Counted from the stretch's first letter, positions 50,564 through 59,985 are shown. The stretch: 64,000 nucleotides of DNA from an uncultured Lactobacillus sp. (GCA_945872695.1 CAMCAL010000002.1:504-64503), one strand, 5' to 3'. Notes: generated from the letters alone by a model not told the origin. Program-made: numbers and translations.

Positions 50564-51952
50564 ATGAAAATGAAGTTAGCGGAAATTGCCAAGGCAATTA
50601 ACGCGCAAAACAATATTGACCAATGGCAAGATGTTGAGTTGACCAGTGTGTCCTTTGACAGCCGTCACCTGGATCGCGGGGCACTCTTCGTTCCTCTGCA
50701 GGGGGCCCAGGACGGTCACCGCTTTGTGGCTAGTGCCTTTGCCAATGGTGCTGGTGCATCACTGTGGGCCAGTGATCACGAGATTGTGGACCATGACCAC
50801 CCATTGCTGGTGGTTGACGATCCATTGAAGGCCCTTCAGCAGCTGAGTAAGTATTACCTGCACAAGATCAACCCGATGGTGGTTGCCGTCACGGGTAGTA
50901 ACGGGAAGACGACTACTAAGGACATGATCGCTTCAATCCTGAGTACCCAGCTGAATGTCACCAAGACCTATGCTAACTTCAACAACGAGATTGGTGTTCC
51001 GGTTACCCTGCTCAACATGGAGGCCAATACGGAGGCTGTTGTCGTTGAGATGGGGATGGACCGCTTTGGTCAGTTGGACTTCCTAAGCAAGTTGGCATCA
51101 CCAGATATTGCGGTCATCACGATGATTGGTGAGGCCCACATTGAGTTCTTCGGTACCCGTGACCGGATTGCTGATGCCAAGATGGAGATCACCAACGGCT
51201 TAAAGGAAGACGGCACCCTGGTTTATAACGGGGATGAACCGCTCTTGAATGAACGGGCCGCCAAGATCGACCAACGTCTGGTGCGGTTCGGCCGGCACCT
51301 TGACGATGACCTCTACGCAACGAGTGTGGAGGAAAAGCCACGTTCCCTGACCTTCACGGTTAACGAATGGCCAGACCTGCAGTTTACGATCCCGATGGTG
51401 GGTGAGTACAATGTTAACAACGCCCTGGCAGCCATGGCGGTTGGCCGTTTGCTCCACATCACGCCGGACCACATCAAGCAGGCCCTGGCTAATGTTGAGT
51501 TGACGGAAAACCGGGCAGAATGGGTGACTGGTGAAAACGGCGAGCAGATTCTGAGCGATGTTTACAACTCCAACCCGACGGCGGCTAAGCAGGTCCTCAA
51601 GACGGTAGCCGAGATGCCAACTGAAGGCCGGCGGATCGCCGTCCTGGGTGACATGTTAGAGCTTGGGGAGGCTTCAGCCCGGCTGCACGCTAGTCTGGCG
51701 ACGCAGATTGACCCTGCCAAGATTCAGGAAGTCTACCTGGTTGGGAAGCAGATGGCAGCCTTAAAGGACCGGTTGCAAGAAGACGGCTATCCAGCAGCGG
51801 CCATCCACTATTACCAGGCTGACCAGCTGGACCAGTTGACTGCGGATCTGCAGTCAACCCTGACGGCAAGTGACCTGGTTCTGTTGAAGGCGAGTCATGG
51901 AATCCACCTTGAAAAAGTACTGGACGCAATTGAAAAAAAGCAAAATGATTAA
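50564..51952 (+). CDS. murF: UDP-N-acetylmuramoyl-tripeptide--D-alanyl-D-alanine ligase
   Basis: The Mur ligase P-loop VTGSNGKTTTK and a MurF-like N-terminus are present. Confidence 0.92.
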   Translation: MKMKLAEIAKAINAQNNIDQWQDVELTSVSFDSRHLDRGALFVPLQGAQDGHRFVASAFANGAGASLWASDHEIVDHDHPLLVVDDPLKALQQLSKYYLHKINPMVVAVTGSNGKTTTKDMIASILSTQLNVTKTYANFNNEIGVPVTLLNMEANTEAVVVEMGMDRFGQLDFLSKLASPDIAVITMIGEAHIEFFGTRDRIADAKMEITNGLKEDGTLVYNGDEPLLNERAAKIDQRLVRFGRHLDDDLYATSVEEKPRSLTFTVNEWPDLQFTIPMVGEYNVNNALAAMAVGRLLHITPDHIKQALANVELTENRAEWVTGENGEQILSDVYNSNPTAAKQVLKTVAEMPTEGRRIAVLGDMLELGEASARLHASLATQIDPAKIQEVYLVGKQMAALKDRLQEDGYPAAAIHYYQADQLDQLTADLQSTLTASDLVLLKASHGIHLEKVLDAIEKKQND

Positions 51953-52014
51953 TGGTGCGCGGGGCTGTGACATTGGTTGCAGCCCCTTGCCCGTATCTTT
52001 TAGGAGGAAATTTT

Positions 52015-53502
52015 TTGAAATTTAGCGAATTAGGCTTGTCAGAAAGTCTATTGAAAGCAATTAAGCGGAGCGGCTATGAAGAGGCCACGCCAATTCAGGA
52101 ACAGACCATTCCAATGGTATTGGAGGGTCAAGATGTGATCGGTCAAGCCCAGACGGGGACCGGGAAGACGGCCGCGTTTGGCCTGCCAATTATTGAACAC
52201 GTCGACACCAAGGACCCGGATATCCAGGCCCTGGTGATTTCACCAACCCGGGAATTAGCTATCCAAACCCAAGAGGAACTGTACCGGCTGGGTAAGGATA
52301 AGCATGTTCGGGTTCAGGTAGTCTATGGTGGGGCCGATATCCGCCGGCAGATCAAGAGCCTGAAGCAACATCCACAGATCCTGGTGGGGACGCCAGGACG
52401 GCTTCGTGATCACCTGAACCGGCACACGGTCAAGCTAGGCAACATCAAGACTCTAGTGCTGGATGAGGCCGATGAGATGCTCAATATGGGCTTCCTCGAT
52501 GACATTGAGGCCATTATCAACCAGACGCCAAAGGACCGGCAGACGCTGCTCTTCTCCGCGACAATGCCACCGGAGATCAAGAAGATTGGTGTTCAGTTCA
52601 TGACCGACCCGAAGATGGTGCGGATCAAGGCGAAGGAGCTGACGACGGACCTTGTTGATCAGTACTATGTTCGCGCTCGTGATTACGAGAAGTTTGATAT
52701 CATGACCCGACTGATCGATGTTCAGGATCCTGAATTGACGATTGTCTTTGGCCGGACCAAGCGACGGGTCGATGAACTGTCCAAGGGGTTAGTTGCCCGG
52801 GGCTACAACGCGGCCGGCATTCATGGTGACCTGAGCCAAGACCAGCGGACTAAGATCATGCGGAAGTTCAAGAATGGTCAGTTGGATATCCTGGTTGCAA
52901 CCGACGTGGCGGCTCGTGGATTGGATATCTCCGGGGTCACCCACGTTTACAACTACGATATTCCATCCGATCCCGACAGCTATGTTCACCGAATTGGTCG
53001 GACGGGCCGGGCCGGACACCACGGAATGTCACTGACCTTCGTAACACCAAACGAGATGGACTACCTTCACGAGATTGAGAAGCTGACCCGGGTCCGGATG
53101 CTGCCACTGAAGCCACCAACGGCCGAGGAAGCCTTCCGTGGTCAAGTGGCCACGGCCTTCAACGACATTGATGAACTGATCGCTCAGGACACCACCGACC
53201 GTTACAAGGATGCTGCAGCTAAGCTCCTGGAGACCCATGACGCCACCGACCTGGTAGCCGCTCTGCTTAACGATATGACCAAGGAAGCAGCCAGCGATGT
53301 TCCGGTTAAGATTACGCCAGAACGGCCGCTGCCACGGCGTAACCGTCATAACCATTCACGGGGCAACAATGGCCACTACCGGCGTCGTCACGAAGGCCAC
53401 GGCCGTCGAAATGGCTACCGTTCCCACCGGCGCAATGATCACCATGGTAATAGTCACTCCAGTCGCCATTCATTTAATATCCGGCACCGGAAGGAAGACT
53501 AG
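52015..53502 (+). CDS. cshA: DEAD-box ATP-dependent RNA helicase
   Basis: The Q motif, AQTGTGKT, DEAD, SAT and HRIGRTGR are present. TTG 52015 lies 7 nt after AGGAGG, and the track start at 51952 adds 21 unlikely residues. The C-terminal tail is Arg/His-rich. Confidence 0.9.
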   Translation: MKFSELGLSESLLKAIKRSGYEEATPIQEQTIPMVLEGQDVIGQAQTGTGKTAAFGLPIIEHVDTKDPDIQALVISPTRELAIQTQEELYRLGKDKHVRVQVVYGGADIRRQIKSLKQHPQILVGTPGRLRDHLNRHTVKLGNIKTLVLDEADEMLNMGFLDDIEAIINQTPKDRQTLLFSATMPPEIKKIGVQFMTDPKMVRIKAKELTTDLVDQYYVRARDYEKFDIMTRLIDVQDPELTIVFGRTKRRVDELSKGLVARGYNAAGIHGDLSQDQRTKIMRKFKNGQLDILVATDVAARGLDISGVTHVYNYDIPSDPDSYVHRIGRTGRAGHHGMSLTFVTPNEMDYLHEIEKLTRVRMLPLKPPTAEEAFRGQVATAFNDIDELIAQDTTDRYKDAAAKLLETHDATDLVAALLNDMTKEAASDVPVKITPERPLPRRNRHNHSRGNNGHYRRRHEGHGRRNGYRSHRRNDHHGNSHSSRHSFNIRHRKED

Positions 53503-53509
53503 GGGTAAA

Positions 53510-53556
53510 CAAAAAATGCGAACCACGCGGAAAATCCGCTGGTTCGCATTTTTTTA
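53510..53556. terminator. Bidirectional terminator between cshA and dltD
   Basis: ATGCGAACCA / TGGTTCGCAT, with an inner CGCGG/CCGC stem, is flanked by an A-run and a T-run. Confidence 0.85.
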
Positions 53557-53558
53557 TT

Positions 53559-54851
53559 TTAACGTAATTCTTGGTTCTTGAATTCTTGCAGGTTGTGAGC
53601 AGTTGGGTTTAAGTTAGCCCAGCGCTTGGTCAGAAATTCGTCATTCATCCGGTAGTTTGGTTGTGGCTGCTTGGTGGAGATAAATTGATTGGTTGCCCGA
53701 TCAAACTTAACCCAGCCGGCCCAACCGATGTGGATGGTATCTTCCATGAAGGCTGGCTTACTACCGTCATGGGAGAGGTCCAGAACGTGGGTGAAGCCTT
53801 GTTCACGCAGTTGGAACTTGATCTTTTCTACGGAACGGTAGTACATGTTCATGTCCAACCCAGTGTACTTTTCCCACTTAGCGTTAACTGGTGGGATGAC
53901 GAAGAGAACGTTTGAATTGGTATTCTTGAACTCGTTCAGGACGACTTGCAGGTCACCATATTCTGGTGAAGCCGTGTAGTTGAACTTCCGTTGAGAACCT
54001 GCCAACTTGTCCAGGTCTGGCTTGACCCGCTTGTCGTAGAAGGCGTTGCGGATGCTGAACTCGTTGTTGTTGGAGTCCCGCTTACCAACCCGTTCGGCTT
54101 GCTTGTACAGACGGTCGTAGTTGTACTTCTTTGGCAGCCGGTTGACGTTCGGCAGGATATGCTTCTCGTAGTTCTGGTTGATCTGCAGTTCGGAGAAGAT
54201 AGAATCCTCATGGGCCAGGATGTTAACCCGGCTGTTGATGACGAAGCGGTCCCAGGAGCTGAGTGAATGGCCGGCCGCAATCTTCCGGGCCCCAGCACCG
54301 ACTGTTCCGTCATCACCGATCAGGGCGATGAGCCGCTTAGCAACGTAACGATCGTATGGTGAACGCGGGTTAGCGTGCTGCAGCCAGGTCAGGTTAGCGT
54401 ATGAACCGTTGTAGTACTTGAAGGCCGGTGCCTGAACCCCCTGCTTGGTAAACCACTGTGGGGAGATGATGTAGACCGCCTTCTGGTCTGTCATCTGGTT
54501 CTCCATTGAATTGATGTTGAAGAACTGCGGTAGTGATTGGGTACCGCGAGAACCAAAGAGAAACGGCGTGTAGTTGTGATAGCGAGCAGCCATGACGGAC
54601 GGGTGATAGCGATCCATCCGGCGCAGCTCACTGGAGCCGAAGAAGGGCACAAAGTTAGCCTTCTTGTCGTTTAAGGCCTGTTTCTTCAGTGATTGGTTCT
54701 TGAAGATAACTGGACTCAGGGAAACAGCGGCCTGCTTTTCCGTCTGCAGCGAGTGGTTCTTCTTAATTGGCAAGGAGAACAGCAGCAGGACCAGGACAAA
54801 AGCAAGAATTACCGGGCCGAAGATCGACCACAGCCGCTTGCTGTTATGCAT
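53559..54851 (-). CDS. dltD: D-alanyl-lipoteichoic acid biosynthesis protein DltD
   Basis: 430 aa with an N-terminal anchor. It is the last gene of the dlt operon, overlaps dltC by 8 nt, and has an FGSSEL motif. Confidence 0.9.
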   Translation of the reverse strand: MHNSKRLWSIFGPVILAFVLVLLLFSLPIKKNHSLQTEKQAAVSLSPVIFKNQSLKKQALNDKKANFVPFFGSSELRRMDRYHPSVMAARYHNYTPFLFGSRGTQSLPQFFNINSMENQMTDQKAVYIISPQWFTKQGVQAPAFKYYNGSYANLTWLQHANPRSPYDRYVAKRLIALIGDDGTVGAGARKIAAGHSLSSWDRFVINSRVNILAHEDSIFSELQINQNYEKHILPNVNRLPKKYNYDRLYKQAERVGKRDSNNNEFSIRNAFYDKRVKPDLDKLAGSQRKFNYTASPEYGDLQVVLNEFKNTNSNVLFVIPPVNAKWEKYTGLDMNMYYRSVEKIKFQLREQGFTHVLDLSHDGSKPAFMEDTIHIGWAGWVKFDRATNQFISTKQPQPNYRMNDEFLTKRWANLNPTAHNLQEFKNQELR

Positions 54852-55083
54852 TTTGTAACTCCTTTACCCGTTGTTCGATTTTTTCGATAGTGTTCCATTG
54901 GCTCCGGTCAAATTCGGAAACTGGAACTTGGATGTCAAAGGCATCTTGCAGACCCAAGAGCAGGCTAACCGTTGCCATGGAATCCAAAAGACCAGAAGCA
55001 AAGAGATCTTGACTAGCATCGCTGAAGTCAGATGCGTCACGGCCAGTTGCGTCAGCTAAAATGTTAATAATTTGTTCTTGCAT
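54844..55083 (-). CDS. dltC: D-alanyl carrier protein
   Basis: 79 aa with the phosphopantetheine site LLDSMATV. Confidence 0.95.
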   Translation of the reverse strand: MQEQIINILADATGRDASDFSDASQDLFASGLLDSMATVSLLLGLQDAFDIQVPVSEFDRSQWNTIEKIEQRVKELQNA

Positions 55084-55110
55084 GATAAAATCCTCCTAAA
55101 TCTTACTCAG

Positions 55111-56331
55111 CTATTTGCTCAACAGGTAGGTGTTTAAGAAACCGCTGAAAATCAAAAATGTGACCATTACAAAGTTAAAGGTGATGAAGATGGCAACGCC
55201 GGTCGTCAACTTGTTATGTGGCAAGTTTGGCAGGTGCTTACGTTTGTACCGCAGCCACCAGTCGTTGGTGACGAGGGCGAGGCCATGAATAATTCCGTAT
55301 AGAATATAATACCAGGTAATTCCGTGCCAGAAGCCCATCAGAGTCATGTTCAGCATGTAGGCTGTTGATGACAGGGCGTTCTGGTTCTTAAACCACCGCT
55401 TCTTGGTAGCCAGGAAAACGAACCGCATAAAGATGTAGTCCCGGAACCAGAAGGACAGGCTGATGTGCCACCGGTTCCAGAATTCCTTGATGTTCTTGGA
55501 CTTGAACGGCTGCTTGAAGTTCATCGGTGACTTGACACCCATGAAGTAACTGATTGCGACAGCAAAGAGTGAGTAACCGGCAAAGTCGAAGAAGAGGTAC
55601 AGACCGTAAGTGTACATGACCCCAACCATGCTCCACGAAATCATGTGGGGCTGGAGGAGGGCCATCCGCTCAAAGTGCGGTAAGAAACGTTGACCAAAGA
55701 AGTAACCGATGACGAACTTGTATAAGAATCCCAGGAATAAGTAGAAGATCCCTTTGTTCACCAGGGCCAGGTAGGCTTCCCGGCTCGGTACCTTCTGGTA
55801 GTCCTTGGAGAAACGCCGGTAACGATCGATTGGCCCGGACGTCAGGGTTGGCATGAAGAGCATAAAACGGATAAACTTCCATGCTGAGATGTCTTTAACC
55901 ATCCCGTCACGAGTTTCGATGATGGTTCCGGCCGCCCGGAACGTCAGGTAACTGATCCCTAAGAAACCAAGCAGTGAGTTGTGACCAACCATTGCTGGAG
56001 TCAGCTTGACGATTACCAATGGAGCAATTGAGAGGGCCACCATCAGGTAAAAGACGCCTGACGCGTTATTTTTTTGCCGATAATGGTGGTAGTACATCAC
56101 CAGACAGGTTTGCCAGATGACGTAGACAATCAGCGAGATTCCCTGCTGCCAGCTGTCACCGTCGAACATCAGAAAGATGAAGATGAAGCTGATCAGGGCC
56201 TCGTACCAGCTGAACCTTTTACCGAAATACAGGCCAATGCCAAGGGGTAAGATGGCGAGTATCAGGTAGAAGAAGTACATCGGGGTCCCATAGGCACTGA
56301 AGTTAGGTAGGCTAGCAATCCAATTAATCAT
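55111..56331 (-). CDS. dltB: D-alanyl transfer protein DltB (MBOAT family)
   Basis: 406 aa polytopic protein with a conserved WNRWHISL His motif. Confidence 0.92.
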   Translation of the reverse strand: MINWIASLPNFSAYGTPMYFFYLILAILPLGIGLYFGKRFSWYEALISFIFIFLMFDGDSWQQGISLIVYVIWQTCLVMYYHHYRQKNNASGVFYLMVALSIAPLVIVKLTPAMVGHNSLLGFLGISYLTFRAAGTIIETRDGMVKDISAWKFIRFMLFMPTLTSGPIDRYRRFSKDYQKVPSREAYLALVNKGIFYLFLGFLYKFVIGYFFGQRFLPHFERMALLQPHMISWSMVGVMYTYGLYLFFDFAGYSLFAVAISYFMGVKSPMNFKQPFKSKNIKEFWNRWHISLSFWFRDYIFMRFVFLATKKRWFKNQNALSSTAYMLNMTLMGFWHGITWYYILYGIIHGLALVTNDWWLRYKRKHLPNLPHNKLTTGVAIFITFNFVMVTFLIFSGFLNTYLLSK

Positions 56332-57863
56332 TACTTGTTAGCCTCGCTAATCAGCTGTTTGACGGCAATCTTACCATTTGCCGACATTGGGAAGCTTTCC
56401 CGGTAGATGAACTGGGTTGGCATCATGTATGGCATGATCAACCCGTCGAGGCTTTCCCGGATGGCCTTGGTCAGGGCTGCCGGATCATCAGGTTGTTCCT
56501 TTGGGATGACGTCGGCGATCAGGTGGGTGACCTTACCGTCCTTATTGTACTTTGGTACGGCAACTGCCTGCTTGATCAGCGGACTCTTTTCCAGGCTGGC
56601 GCGGACTTCGTCTAGTTCCACCCGGAAACCGTGGAGCTTGATCTGGAAGTCCATCCGGCCCTTGTGGTGGAGCAGACCATCGGTGTCGAGAATTCCAGCA
56701 TCCCCGGTCCGGTAGGCCTTTTGACCGTTGAGTTCGAAGAAGGCCTTGGCCGTCTTCTCTGGATTGTTCATGTATCCCTGGGCGACACTGTCACCACTGA
56801 TGATGATCTCACCCTGTTTACCGGGTTCCGTAATCTCCTGGTCGCCATTCCAGATAGAAAGTTTGATCCCCGGTTTGGCATACCCAACTGGCAGCCGGTC
56901 ATTGTTGGCGACAATTTCCGGGGTGATTTCAACACCTGAGATGGCCACCGTAGCTTCGGTTGGGCCATAGGTGTTGAAGATCTTGGCATGTGGGAAACGC
57001 TGCTGCAGGTTCTTCGCGGTCTTGACGGTCAGTTCCTCACCACAGAACAGGAAGAACTTTAATCCCGGCATCTGCTTCTCACTGAAGGCTGGACTGAGCA
57101 TCAGCATGTCCGCAAACGATGGGGTCCCGACGAAGACATTGAGGTCTAAGTGCGGCAGGGCGGTGAAAAGCTTACCGAAGTTTTCCACCACGTCATGTGG
57201 GATGGCCTTGATGGTGCTGCCACTCAGCAGGGCTGGCCACCAGTACATATTTGATAGGTCAAACGAGTATGGGGGCTGTCCCAGGTAGTTGACGTTAGCT
57301 GGCAGCTTGAAGTCGTCACCGAGCATCCAGTCGATAAAAGTCCGCAGGTTGTCATGGCTAACCTCGACCCCTTTTGGCGAACCGGTTGTCCCGGACGTAA
57401 ACAGGATGTAAGTCAGTTCGTCGCCGCTAACCATTTGATCAGCAGCCGGTGTGAAGTCCTGCTTGTCTTTCAAAATGTCCATCAGCTGGTCCTTGGTGAT
57501 AACGGTCGCGTCAGTCGAAACCTTATCGCTTGGGAAGTCATCGATAGCGATGATCATTCCTGGCTGGGCCGTGTCCAGGATTGATTGGATCCGGGGCAGG
57601 GCAGAGTCAGTTGAGACCGGGATGTAAGGGTGGCCGGTCTTCAGCGCAGCTAAGAAGCTGACGATCATCTCAACTTGGTGATCACCAAAGACCAGGATCG
57701 GTGTTTGCTTGGCAAGGTCCTGCTTAGCTAACCATGCGGCCAAGGTATTGGCACTGTTGGCCAGCTCACCGTAAGTGGTGGTTGTCCCCATCTCATCATA
57801 GGCGATGCGTGCGGCGTTTTGTTGTGCGCACTCATCGAACGATGTCACAATATTTTTGGTCAT
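56331..57863 (-). CDS. dltA: D-alanine--D-alanyl carrier protein ligase
   Basis: The adenylation motifs FTSGTTGSPKG and YRTGD are present. ATG 57863 lies 5 nt after GGAGG, and the track start at 57875 is less likely. Confidence 0.95.
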   Translation of the reverse strand: MTKNIVTSFDECAQQNAARIAYDEMGTTTTYGELANSANTLAAWLAKQDLAKQTPILVFGDHQVEMIVSFLAALKTGHPYIPVSTDSALPRIQSILDTAQPGMIIAIDDFPSDKVSTDATVITKDQLMDILKDKQDFTPAADQMVSGDELTYILFTSGTTGSPKGVEVSHDNLRTFIDWMLGDDFKLPANVNYLGQPPYSFDLSNMYWWPALLSGSTIKAIPHDVVENFGKLFTALPHLDLNVFVGTPSFADMLMLSPAFSEKQMPGLKFFLFCGEELTVKTAKNLQQRFPHAKIFNTYGPTEATVAISGVEITPEIVANNDRLPVGYAKPGIKLSIWNGDQEITEPGKQGEIIISGDSVAQGYMNNPEKTAKAFFELNGQKAYRTGDAGILDTDGLLHHKGRMDFQIKLHGFRVELDEVRASLEKSPLIKQAVAVPKYNKDGKVTHLIADVIPKEQPDDPAALTKAIRESLDGLIMPYMMPTQFIYRESFPMSANGKIAVKQLISEANK

Positions 57864-57877
57864 AGTTTCCTCCATTA

Positions 57878-58018
57878 TTAGAATTCATTATAGATAAATG
57901 GTTCTTGACCAGCACCATAATATCCGTATAGATAGACTAAAAGGAGAATCACGACAAAGTAAAACACCGTCTTCAGCGTGAAGCTTAGGGCGGGGTGTTC
58001 TTGTGTAAATTTTGTCAC
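57878..58018 (-). CDS. dltX: DltX small membrane protein (46 aa): VTKFTQEHPALSFTLKTVFYFVVILLLVYLYGYYGAGQEPFIYNEF
   Basis: A GTG start follows GAGGAGAGG. There is a single TM segment and the conserved C-terminal FIYNEF signature. It lies directly upstream of dltA. It is absent from the ORF track, and the listed 57888-58082 ORF is in another frame. Confidence 0.8.
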   Translation of the reverse strand: MTKFTQEHPALSFTLKTVFYFVVILLLVYLYGYYGAGQEPFIYNEF

Positions 58019-58276
58019 GTTCTAGTCCTCTCCTCTCGAAACGTGCCAGAAGCACTGGCGATAGCTTAGCATTATATCCCAACAGGAACCATAATTCTTG
58101 AAATCTTTACTAAAACTTCAAGATTTGATCGGATATAATTCTAACCTATACATTATAACCATTTTGGCGCTTATTAAAATAGTAATTAGGAATTGACTTG
58201 TAGTAAAAATGAGTAATTGCAAGTTATAGTAATTTTAGCTATGATAATGACTTGAATATTATAAGGAGGGGACAGG

Positions 58277-58642
58277 ATGATTGAGGGACTTGGTATTGAT
58301 TTGACACCGCTAGAACGGGTTGATCGACTGGCGAAGCGGTATCCCCAGTTTGTTAACCGGATCCTGACGCCAGACGAACAGGAGCAATACCGGCAGTTCA
58401 GTGGTCAACGGGCCGTGGAATACCTGGCCGGTCGCTGGTCGTTAAAAGAGTCCTTTGGTAAGGCCATGGGAACTGGCATCGGTAAGACGGTCGGCTTTCA
58501 GGATGTTGAGATTGTCGATAACCAATCGGGGGCGCCAGTGGTAACTCGTTCGCCGTTTGTCGGTCGGGTTCACGCCTCAGTCAGTCATACTGCCACCCTG
58601 GTGATGACGGAAATAATTTTAGAAAGTGAGCATGAAAAATGA
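58277..58642 (+). CDS. acpS: Holo-[acyl-carrier-protein] synthase
   Basis: 121 aa, with MIEGLGIDL, the WSLKESFGKA motif and an AAGGAGGGG RBS. Confidence 0.92.
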   Translation: MIEGLGIDLTPLERVDRLAKRYPQFVNRILTPDEQEQYRQFSGQRAVEYLAGRWSLKESFGKAMGTGIGKTVGFQDVEIVDNQSGAPVVTRSPFVGRVHASVSHTATLVMTEIILESEHEK

Positions 58643-59760
58643 TTAGTGGTCGTTTACGAAAAACAACGTATCAGGTTGACTTAGGGGCCCTGCGGCACAA
58701 TATTCAGGCACAGCGGGCGGTCCTGCCTGCCGGGAGCCGGATTTTTGCGGTAGTGAAGGCTAATGCCTACGGACACGGTTTGGTCCCGGTTGCCCAGGCG
58801 GCCCTGGCTGCTGGTGCCACGGGAACTTGTGTTGCCATCCTGGATGAGGCGTTGGAACTGCGGGACAACGGGATCGATGCCTTAAGCCTGGTCCTGGGAA
58901 TCACCCCGGTCGAGTACGCCAATGTCGCAGCGATGGCGGGCGTGTCACTGACGGTGGGCTCCTTGGATTGGCTTCAAGAATACCATCGTCTGGCCCAAGT
59001 TAACCACTGGACCAAGCCATTGAAGGTTCACCTCGGTATTGACACGGGAATGGGCCGGATCGGCTTTACCGATATCGACCAGTTTAAGCAGGCTGTGGAA
59101 CTCTTGAAGAGTCCGGAGTTTGAATTTGAGGGGATGTTCACTCACTTTGCGACGGCTGACAGCACCGATCAGACTTACTTTGATAAGCAGGTAACCCGTT
59201 GGCAACAGTTCGTTGACAGCCTGGATGAGCTTCCGCCATACGTTCACATGGCTAACTCAGCAACGGGAATGTGGCACCGGGAACTGATTACGGCCAACAC
59301 GGTGCGGATGGGAATCTCCATGTACGGTCACAACCCATCTGGCTGTGATATCAAGGAAACCTTGGGCCTTCAGCCGGTCGGCACCTTCAAGACAGCGATC
59401 AGCTTTGTCAAAAAGCTCAAGGCCGGGGAATCAGTCAGCTACGGGGCAACCTACACCGCCAAGGAAGACGAATGGCTGGCGACCCTGCCCGTTGGTTATG
59501 CGGATGGGTACCCACGTTCACTGACCGGCTTCAAGGTAATGGTAGATGGCCAGTTCTGTCCAATCGCCGGGCGGGTCTGCATGGACCAGATGATGGTCCG
59601 GCTGCCAAAGTATTACCCCGTTGATACGCCAGTCGTCTTGATGGGCAAGTCGGGCCAGCTGGAACTGACCCCAACCGACTTGGCCAAGCAGGTAGGAACC
59701 ATTAACTATGAGATCCTGACTGGGATCAATAACCGGGTTCACCGGGTATACAAGAATTAG
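58639..59760 (+). CDS. alr: Alanine racemase
   Basis: The PLP-Lys motif AVVKANAYGHG and a C-terminal beta domain are present. ATGA overlaps acpS. Confidence 0.95.
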   Translation: MISGRLRKTTYQVDLGALRHNIQAQRAVLPAGSRIFAVVKANAYGHGLVPVAQAALAAGATGTCVAILDEALELRDNGIDALSLVLGITPVEYANVAAMAGVSLTVGSLDWLQEYHRLAQVNHWTKPLKVHLGIDTGMGRIGFTDIDQFKQAVELLKSPEFEFEGMFTHFATADSTDQTYFDKQVTRWQQFVDSLDELPPYVHMANSATGMWHRELITANTVRMGISMYGHNPSGCDIKETLGLQPVGTFKTAISFVKKLKAGESVSYGATYTAKEDEWLATLPVGYADGYPRSLTGFKVMVDGQFCPIAGRVCMDQMMVRLPKYYPVDTPVVLMGKSGQLELTPTDLAKQVGTINYEILTGINNRVHRVYKN

Positions 59761-59799
59761 GCTCCACTTCTTTGATCTAAAGAAAGCCGTGACTGGGGA

Positions 59800-59828
59800 T
59801 TGACAATCTGCCCGCAGGTTTGTAGAAT
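59800..59828 (+). promoter_or_regulatory. Sigma-A promoter of the codBA operon
   Basis: TTGACA (59800-59805), 17 nt, then TAGAAT (59823-59828). Confidence 0.75.
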
Positions 59829-59834
59829 AGTGGA

Positions 59835-59985
59835 AATTGATATGAGTCCTTTAATGTAGCCCCGTGAGACTGCAAAAGACGTTCGAACTAAATAGAACCG
59901 CGCACTATGCGTGTACTTTTGAGAAGCCTTAGGGGACGAGTAGGACCCTAAGGCTTTTTGCTTTCAAATCAAGGAGGAGAACAAT
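59835..59985 (+). promoter_or_regulatory. Structured 5' leader with an intrinsic terminator (unclassified attenuator or riboswitch candidate)
   Basis: Terminator AAGCCTTAGGG (59924-59934) / CCCTAAGGCTT (59946-59956) plus TTT. Upstream local stems are GCAAAAG/CTTTTG, GTTC/GAAC and CGCGCA/TGCGTG. AAGGAGGAG and the TTG start follow. Confidence 0.6.

Noticed and set aside
57888-58082. A 64-aa ORF upstream of dltA from the ORF track
   Set aside because: It has no RBS and an implausible sequence. A different frame in the same region encodes a typical DltX, which ends in FIYNEF.
59842-59859. A five-codon mini-ORF (MSPLM) at the start of the codB leader
   Set aside because: It has only a weak GGAA upstream and no obvious link to the terminator arms. 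It is too short to distinguish from chance.
59845-59920. A possible match of the codB leader to PyrR-binding, TPP or purine riboswitch classes
   Set aside because: Only the flanks (AGTCC...GCAAAAG) resemble the PyrR site. The UCCAGAGAGGCU core, the TPP CUGAGA/ACCCUUUGAACCUGAUC cores and the purine junction sequences are all absent. I left it as unclassified rather than naming a class.
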